A stretch of 57,886 nt of DNA, counting the filler, from Sphacelaria rigidula (lineage: Eukaryota), in assembly GCA_964200075.2 (NCBI GenBank). It is 7 parts of 7 records of this genome, joined end to end, with 100 filler letters (N's around TTAATTAATTAA, not from the genome) between each part and the next. Parts side by side here need not be neighbours in the genome. Positions count along the whole stretch, not along the records: positions 49,704 to 57,886 come from CAXNAA020011994.1; 6 more parts are not named here. One strand, 5' to 3'. The position numbers and the translations under genes are program-made. The notes beneath the pieces are model-generated. The model was given only the letters and a program-made list of their open reading frames with translations. It did not search any database and was not told the origin of the DNA. This document shows positions 49,926-57,886 of this stretch, piece after piece (within the stretch, counting starts at the first letter, position 1; each line of letters opens with the position of its first letter).

Positions 49926-50570
49926 TGTTGGAAGTATTGGCGCGCGTGGCGCTGTCTCACCAGACAGATCAGCAGAGGCTTTACAATAGCGGTGGAACTA
50001 CCTTGTGAGGTGCAGCGAAGAAAAGATCAGATGGTTTTCTGGGGCGCTTCTGGCGAAAACCAAACCAAACAGCCTCTATTGCACGCAGAGAGCTGGAGGA
50101 AAAACTGGGTAAGCTCGGGAGAGTGAGAGCGGTGGCGCTCGAGATCAAGCCTCAACATTCATTACTTTCTGGAACAACGCCAATTCTGCACACGTACGCC
50201 CAACGAAGCTATATCGTCTACTTCAACTATACTGCTGCTGACGCAGTAGCCTTGCCAGCTCTAACGACTAGCTTAGATCACCCGCAATCTTACTCTCAAG
50301 ATATCCTTCGGCTTACGTGGCCTAGGTACTCTGCTATAATATCTTTCTGCGCCAAATCATGGCAACGCGCCTATTCCAGCAATATCCTACTCGAAACGTC
50401 ACTTAGACAAGTAGAGCCTAGACAATGAATTACCACAAAAGAGATACCCCGTGAAACAGATACATGATTCGTGATTTCCTTGAATCGTCATGAGTCGTAC
50501 CGCTTATCTCTGAGGTAGGGACTTCATTCAAAGGCAACGAATATAGACTGCATCATCTAGATTCTCAACA
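49926..50570. mobile_element. Solo LTR (645 bp), related to the Copia LTRs at 50643 and 57027
   Basis: TGTTGGAAGTATT...CTAGATTCTCAACA termini. Shares TGTTGGAA.TATT, CTGTCTCAC and AGAGAGCTG..AAAACTGGGT..GGGAGAGTGAGA with the adjacent Copia LTR. Flanks GAGTA/GGGTC do not form a clean TSD. Confidence 0.75.
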
Positions 50571-51850
50571 GGGTCCTTCGGGTTAGTTAGGAGTCAATCC
50601 TTTGTAGTGCCGGCACTTCAAAAACTTGTAAGGAGTTCTGAATGTTGGAAATTATTCGCTGGCACGGCACTGTCTCACTGAACAGTTAAGCAAAGGCTTG
50701 CACTATAGCGGTAAAGCTACTTGCGAGGAGCCAGTGTAGTAAAATCAAGATAGTGTAGTTCGGCGCTTCTGGCCTAAAATATCAAACAGCGTCTTTTGCA
50801 AGAGAGAGCTGTCGAAGCAAAACTGGGTTGCTGGGGAGAGTGAGAAGCGAAGGGCGAGCGAGAGCGAGCCTGAACACTTCCCACTCTCTGGAAAAAAACC
50901 AATGCTGTCAGTAAACCAAAAGATCTTAAAACGTACCCTATATTACCATGAAAAAGGTACAGTGAACGACACATGCGTGGTTGACAGCTTCACCTGAACC
51001 GCAACAAATACCATTCAAGTCGTGCCGCTCATGCTGTACAGTATCGTTTAGCGGCGATTTCAATCACACACAAAGAACTTAGACTGTCCTGTCTAAAATT
51101 TCAACACTCCCCCGTGATTGACATGTCGCTATCAAAGAAAAAAAGTGTACCTTACATGCTATGCGTAGCAAGCGAATACAATCAGTCGAACTATGTAGTA
51201 CTGACAGTACACAAAGTCAATCGTCGAGATACGCACTCGCACTGTTGTAAAACTCATGTCTATACTGTAAAAACGACTTAACCCTTGGACCAATTTTAGA
51301 AAAGAAATTAGTCACTGTTACAAATCTCCGCTCACATGCGCATGTATTTGCATGTGCATCAGATTTCCGTGAGTTACAAAAGAAGTGAGCAAACAAACAC
51401 AATGGTGCGGTGACATCAAACCGCGAAATCTTTTCATAATGTGACGATGTAGCAATCAACGATAACTCACAGATGCCAAATATGTTTCCCGACTCTCTCT
51501 CCCCCCTCAAAAAGCACCCTTCCCGAAAGGGAGAAAAAAGGACAAAGTAGGCAAGGACGGAAAGAAGATCGCAAACCTAGAGGTCGTTGCACGCATTGTT
51601 ACTACAGCGTGTTTTCTGAACCTTGTATCATAAATGCAGGAGTCTGCACACTGTGGTTTTAGCATGCTCCTCTGGACCTTGAGACTGCACTCGAGTAAAA
51701 CAAAAGCAATCAAAACAAATTCACCTAACGCAGGTAATTTTGACGCGCGTTCTTTATATAATGTACGAGTATTACAGGCATCTCACACCTACTTGGGTTC
51801 CTTCACTCAATCACACTTCTTAACAAAAAAATCGAACAAAATCAAGTTCC

Positions 51851-52689
51851 TCAAACTCCGGTAACTGCATTTGGGTCTCTGTAGTAAATGGTTGGTCGAT
51901 TAGGACGAGAAACCAACCGGATTCCATAGAATCTGTCAATCAGGGCGTCGTATATCCTCCTCAGCTCAAGGAAGTCGAATTCCAACGGGCATTCGATGTG
52001 GCATGCATTGACTAAAAAGTTCAAGATCCAAACATCAACAAACAATGCAAGTCGTTGTGAAGGTACAACTGTGGTAGGCTCCTAAAACAATCAAGGATAC
52101 TGCGGTACTCTCGATCATCGGTGAATCCGTACGTCTTGAGTGTATCCGCCATCCTCGCTCGCTCCTCTGGTTGCTGTCCAGGAATAAGTTCGTCCAGACA
52201 AATGGAAGCTCGGGCTCCCCAATCGATGTAAGAGTGATGCTGCGATAGGGTCAGCACTTTTACGGCCTGAGAATAGAATTGTTAGGAACCCTTTATCTCA
52301 TCCAAAACACGACTTTCGAAGTAGGTGAGAGTGCGCCAGGGCTTTCCTTCCAATTTGCTAGGGATATCCCGAATGAATTTGCAAACGGGGATATCCTGAT
52401 CCATATTCTTGTGTAGTTCCTAATTGTTAGGAACCCCTGAATCAGGCCGGTTTTGGCCCCAAAAGTGCAGACCCTATCGCAGCATCATTCGTAAGGCATT
52501 ACGCATCCTTGGACTCGTAGCGGTTGGTTGCTTAGGCATGCCCGTGCGTTGGGCGTTGCCCCGTGTCTTGAGCTCTGGCGGTGCGCGGTGCGCGGTGCGC
52601 GGTGCATGACCATTAGTCGCAGAGTTTTGTGCGGATTGTCCGCGCGTGTTTCTTGTTCCGTTGTTGTTGGTGTTGACTCGGTAGTTCAT
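51851..52689 (-). pseudogene. Putative extra ORF downstream of pol in the Copia element, interrupted by a MITE
   Basis: Three adjacent minus-strand ORF fragments. The first two join after removing MITE 52232-52490 with one GTAA and one GCACCGC repeat unit; the third needs one further frameshift near 52045. Confidence 0.5.
52232..52490. mobile_element. MITE family A, complete 259-bp copy with TSD GTAA, nested in the Copia element
   Basis: GAGTGATGCTGCGATAGGGTCAGCAC ... GTGCAGACCCTATCGCAGCATCATTC, with GTAA at 52228-52231 and 52491-52494. Confidence 0.88.
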
Positions 52690-52989
52690 GGTGTTGGTGA
52701 ATGGGTAGAAGATGCTGAAGGTTGGATTAAAAAATGTTACGGGTTGATAAGTGTTATGATGTGGTGCCCCTGGGATGTTCGAGATGTCGCTTGGGTGATG
52801 AAACTCGTACAAAATCAGAACGTCGAAGGTGAGCGTTGGAGATGACGGTAGTGGTTGAGCGTTGACGATGATGATCGAAGTTGAGCGTTGACGATGATGC
52901 TGAAGAAAAATACCCTGCCAGATTAATATCCGTTATCTCCCAAATTCGGTTATGGCCTTCAGCAGTCTCTGATGTACGATTCTATCACA

Positions 52990-55900
52990 GCTTTTGGTGA
53001 GAAGATCCGCTAATTGTTTCGAAGATCGTACATAGTTTATCCTTAGTTATCCGGCTCGAATCATATATCTTAAATTAAAGAATCGTATCGCCAGGTGTTT
53101 CGAGCTGGTGCTATATTTGGCGTTTGAAGACAGATGAAGTGCGCCTTGTGAATCCGAGTAGATAGCCGCGAGCTCAATAGATGACCATCCAAGCTCTCGT
53201 ATCAGATTGAAGAGATACGTTCCAAATTTGCCGCATGTCGAAAGGGCAATGGGCTCGGCTTTTATCGTTGAAGTGGCCGTTATACGTTGTGAAGTCGAAG
53301 TGAAATGAATTAGCCCGTTAGACAGAAAAAATATCGTCCCCGTTGTTGATCGCATTTTCCCCTGAAGTCCGGCATTGCCATCGCTTGTGGTTCTCCTGTC
53401 GTTGGGTAGAACGTCTCGAAGCCAGGCGGTTGTCTCCGGAATACTGTTACCTGTAGGTTGCCGTTCAAGAAAGCAGTTTGTACGTCGAGGGCTAAAATAG
53501 ACCAATGTTTTGCAGTAGCAATTGCAAGTAACAATCTGACTTTCCAACCTGCAAAATGGATGATCCACTCCTACAGTGCCTATGTACTGACATACCATTT
53601 CCAGTGTTGCTGCAACAGGCTGACCCGCAGAAGACATGAAAGCTAGTCGCTTTAGTTCACTGGCTTGCCGTTTATTAACGGGTCCAGGAGGATGATGATT
53701 GGGACCACCGGCTGAACGCAACCTCCCTCGGGCGATAGGCGGTCCTGTAGTCGGTGAATTGTCCTCCGTGGTGCTGTCCTGTAGCTGAGCTTCACCATCG
53801 TAAGTAATTATGTTGAAGTTGTTGATGTCGTCGTGTTGTTCCTGATCAACTGCAGATACGTCGGGTTCCTGGATATCCAAAGTCGAAAAAACTTCATCAC
53901 TGCAAGGAGCTCCTGTTACTTGTTCGATGAAAGTGGCGTATTTGGAGCTGGATATTTTCCCCTAGTAGCGGTTGTATATGCGGTACGATGGACTATCGGA
54001 ATCATACCCTACTAGCACTCCTTCCCAAGCCTTTTCTTCTAACTTACTGTGATGACGCTCCCTGTGCACAAACGCCCTCGAGCCGATTGTACGCAAGGAT
54101 GATAGCTTCGGTTGCTTGAGAAACATTCGAAAATATGGTGTATCGTCGCCGATGCTCGTGTGCGGTAGGGGATTGATTGAAAATACCGCAGTTGCAGAAA
54201 TTTCTCCCCAAAGGAATTTCGGCAAATTGGATTCATTCAGGAGACAACGAGTAACGTTCAACCGCCCGTCTCTTTCACTGATGCCATTCTGGTGAGGAGT
54301 ATATGGACTGGTGAATTCTTGGCGGATGCCCGTAGTCTTGCAGTACTTCTTCAAATAGTCCGCGATGTATTCACCCCCACGGTCTGACCGCAGACGGTGT
54401 ACACGGAGTCCTAAAGGAATAGCCAAATCTTGGATGAACCTGCAGAGCGTAGTTAGAGTCTCATCCTTCGTTTTGATGAGGGAGACTACCTTGATTCGCG
54501 AGAAATGGTCCGTAAATTTTCTATGTAGCGGTAGCCGCCTTGCGCCATAGGCGTAATCGGCCCTGTTAGGTCAGGGCTGACCAATTGCAGTCGTTCCAAA
54601 ATGTTCGTGGAGTCTACGGTCTTTGGGTGATCCTGCTATACACTCTTATTAAGCTTGCACGTTACACAAGGTGCCAGTGACCCCTCAAAGTTCACACCTG
54701 ATTCAGGATATTCAGTAGATGGCGCATGACTTGCTCCGTGGGATGTCTACGTCGCCTATGCCAAATGTCTGCTCCTGTTGTGGTAGTCAAAGCTGTCGGT
54801 TCTGCTCCCGCTGTGGCAAACATGGCTGCTGAAATTCTCGGCATGTCGTGGTGAATGGCTTCTGCAACAATGGCTGACCCTATGCCAATAGATTCTCCAG
54901 ACATAATTGTAGCTGTAAATGCTGAGATGTTTTTAATATTACCCGGTTTCCGAGAAAATCTTACGCTGATGTACTGTAACGCTCCGTTGCTGTCACCGTT
55001 GATTGGCACTTTGAACTTTCCGAGGTCGGTATGGGACTCGTGAGAAAATATAGTCGAAGCGCCCTTCGCAAGAGCTTGCACAGGGGAGAACAGATGCTTC
55101 CCCAAACCTGGGACAATTACGGCTGGGAGCCGTACAGAACGTTGGTACCCCTCAGAGTCGATGACCACGGTGTTCAGAACTCCTCTTTTTGCTGTATCGT
55201 GCAGTATATGGCGTCCCGCTGTTAAGATAGTCATCGGTGGATCGAGTTTGACCTGCTCGACCATTTCACGTTCGATATCGGGTAGCAACTGATCGTCCAA
55301 AAAATGTCCGGTGCTGCCGCTGTCCACCGTCAACTGAAAAGAAACTTGATCGGATGTATCAGTGACATGTGAACTAGAAAGAAAAGAAAATCCCATACCG
55401 TTTGGTGGTGAGGATGTATCTATCACTGTCGCAGCTGTTGATGAAGAAGTTTCCAGGCCGTTGTTGTTCGATGGTACGGTTGTAGAAGCTGGATCGGCGA
55501 CGGCTGTGTTGGCTTGGCGTCGATGTCCGTTGGAGTTGTTGCTGCTGATGTTGCTGTTGTGGTAGCTCCTACTGTTGTTGTTGCTGCTGCTGTCACGGTT
55601 GCTATTTCGATGGCGGGGATTTCTGCGACGATGATGGTTGTTGTTGTTGTTTCCAGCGTTGTCGGCTGCATTTCCGCGGTTCTGTGGAGATCTACACTCG
55701 GTATCATCATGCTTGTCAGTGTGATGGAAACTGCACCACTTCAAAGGCCTGCTCCCATTTTTTGACTGCAGTTGGGAGCGACAGTCTCTGGCCTGATGTC
55801 CTGTTTTCCTGCAGGTATAGCAATTTCCGCGGAATTTCTGGGGTTGATTCAAAGATTTCGACAATGATGTCACCAGCAGTGATGAATCGCGACCATGCGA

Positions 55901-56760
55901 TTAGCATACATATTTCGCATTGTTGTTTCGATGCTCTGAATACTGAGATCTGGATCACGCTCCGCATTGTACTTGATGAGGTCATACTCACTTGTTAAAC
56001 CTTCGATCATTATGTCAGTCAGTCTTTCTTCGGAAATGGCCTCGCAAACGTTGTCCAGTTCGTCCCGAAGCTGATACACTTCGCTCAAGAAAGTATCAGG
56101 GTCTTGCCCTGGTGACATAGTGACGCTGTTGAGTTCTCTCATCAAGATCTTGATTCTCTGCTTCGAAGAATTTTGATACTTGGAAATCAAAGCCTCCCAT
56201 GCACGTTTGCCGTTTGGTTTTTCTGAACCCTTCGGCTGGAAACGCAACAAATAACTCGCTGCACGATCAGTTTTAGACAGATACAAGACGTGGAACAATT
56301 GTTGATTACATTGGTCCCAACTTTCTATCTCACGCGTTTTAGAAACCCGTCTTACATGTGACACCACGCTTGGAGAACGAGATTCTCGTGAAAAATGATG
56401 GTCTTCTTCGGTAGCTCCAGTCCCGTCCACCGCTGCGATCGTCTCGTCCCCCGCGGTTGCCTCCGCCGATGAGAAGTGCGGTCGAACAGACGACTGCTGG
56501 CGGGTGGTTTGAGAACTAGTTCTAGCAGGGATAGGTCTTGTGGCAGCTGGTTGTGGAAGATCTACCTCAGATCTACCTCAGAAACCTCTTCTTCTAATTC
56601 CTCGGGGCGTTCGACCCCGTTAAGGATATCCGCAATCCCCGGATGACTTAAAGAAATGATACCGCGCGTGGAGCGCATCCACTCGACGAACTTTGTACCG
56701 TCGAACTTGTTGATGCTCTTGATGAGCTGAGTTACAGATGGCTCTCCCGACATATTCATC
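52990..56760 (-). pseudogene. Disrupted Copia gag-pol
   Basis: gag (KFDGTKFVEW; AWEALISKY; MIEGLTSEYD), knuckle CYTCRKTGHQARDC, protease VDSGSTGH, pre-integrase IWHRR..H, integrase (LRSDRGGEY, PYTPHQNGISER), RT fragment (LDVQTAFLNG..QPPGFE), RNase H (RSTTG, YSDSQGA, SKHLAIRF, QLADLLTK). Multiple frameshifts; the YVDD-containing RT core is missing. Confidence 0.93.
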
Positions 56761-57723
56761 TGCCTCACGTTACTAATGAAACTAGTCTCTTCACACCTGC
56801 AGATCTTTTGGAAAAATCAGGGTTCTTGCACTCTTGATTGTCCCTGCTGTGGCGACCTTGATATGACACCTGCTCGCTCGTGCTGACCGATGTAGTCTTG
56901 ACTCAAAGGCTGATGACCTGAAGACCTAGGTGGTCGCGAATCGAAGGCACCCGTTGGCCAGAGTGGTCGCGAACCCAGGCTGATAGCCTGTTGACCTATG
57001 TGGTCGCGACTCGAAGGCTCAAAACCTGTTGGAAATTATTCGCTGGCACAGCACTGTCTCACTGAACAGTTAAGCAAAGGCTTGCACTATAGTGGTAAAG
57101 CTACTTGCGAGGAGCCAGTGTAGTAAAATCAAGATAGTGTAGTTCGGCGCTTCTGACCTAAAATATCAAACAGCCTCTTTTGCAAGAGAGAGCTGTCGAA
57201 GCAAAACTGGGTTGCTGGGGAGAGTGAGAAGCGAGGGGCGAGCGAGAGCGAGCCTGAACACTTCCCACTCTCTGGAAAAAAACCAATGCTGTCAGTAAAC
57301 CAAAATTCAAACGTACCCTATATTACCATGAAAAAGGTACAGTGAACGACACATGCGTGGTTTACAGCTTCACCTGAACCGCAACAAATACTATTCAAGT
57401 CGTGCCGCTCCTGCTGTACAGTATCGTTTAGTGGCGATTTCAATCACACACAAAGAACTTAGACTGTCCTGTCTAAAATTGCAACGCTGAACTGAGTATG
57501 ATGAACGTTAGATCGGACGTCACAAGTGGCTGATACTTCGGAGGGCGATACTTCAGGCCTTCGGGGTACTGAGTGCCCTACTGAGTACTTTAGTGGGCAT
57601 GTTGGAGGTTGGGATCTGTGGGGTGCTGCGCTACAAGGTCGGTTCTTCGGAGTGTCGGTACGTCAGGATCTCGGAGCATTGCGCACTTTGCAGAGTTCTA
57701 CGCTAAAACGAAACGTGTAAGTT

Positions 57724-57886
57724 GAGCAATGCTACGGTAGGGATGCACTTTTTTCGCGAAAAATTGTCTGGTTCAGTGGCTCCTAACGATTCTAAAGGCA
57801 CAAGAATATGGACCAGGACATCCCTGTTTGCAGATTTTTTCGGGATATCCCCAGCACATTGGAATAGTAATCCTGGAGTACTGTTG
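57724..57886. mobile_element. MITE family A copy running off the window end
   Basis: GAGCAATGCTACGGTAGGGATGCACTTTTTTCGCGAAA, collinear with 48165 onward. Confidence 0.85.

Larger units (their letters stand above)
50643..57486 (-). mobile_element. Ty1/Copia LTR retrotransposon with both LTRs and a 5-bp TSD (CTGAA); defective
   Basis: LTRs 57027-57486 (5') and 50643-51106 (3') differ by about 12 substitutions and one 4-nt indel by eye. CTGAA at 50638-50642 and 57487-57491. PBS-like GGTTTTGAGCC at 57026-57016; PPT CACGGGGGAG abuts 51107. Domain order gag-PR-IN-RT-RH. Confidence 0.97.

Overview
Eukaryotic, intron-rich, repeat-rich genomic DNA. The GT-AG introns and repeat landscape suggest a brown alga or other stramenopile (inference). 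The window is not one locus. It is seven contigs of 8185, 8184, 8184, 8184, 8183, 8183 and 8183 bp, joined by 100-nt N/TTAATTAATTAA/N linkers and apparently sorted by size, so adjacency across linkers means nothing. Host genes reconstructed by hand from splice sites and reading-frame phase: a partial G-patch-like protein (-) head-to-head with a partial armadillo-repeat protein (+); a near-complete DHHC palmitoyltransferase (ZDHHC16-like, +); two exons of a ZIFL-like MFS transporter (-); and two exons of a VIT1/CCC1 iron/manganese transporter (-). Mobile DNA: a Ty1/Copia element with both LTRs (50643-57486, -, CTGAA TSD, RT core deleted); a 5'-truncated chromodomain-bearing Ty3/Gypsy element with its 3' LTR; two related solo LTRs; a ~260-bp GAG...CTC MITE family with 4-bp TSDs (6 copies); several long foldbacks; and other interspersed repeats. 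The best leads are: (i) a decayed but reconstructable extra ORF between pol and the 3' LTR of the Copia; (ii) tandemly reiterated LTR-end/PBS units in the same element; (iii) a 594-nt in-frame, stop-free intron splitting the DHHC cysteine-rich domain; and (iv) a tRNA-Pro-like sequence interrupted at its anticodon loop by a small hairpin-bearing repeat module. No database searches were possible, so novelty is unverified.
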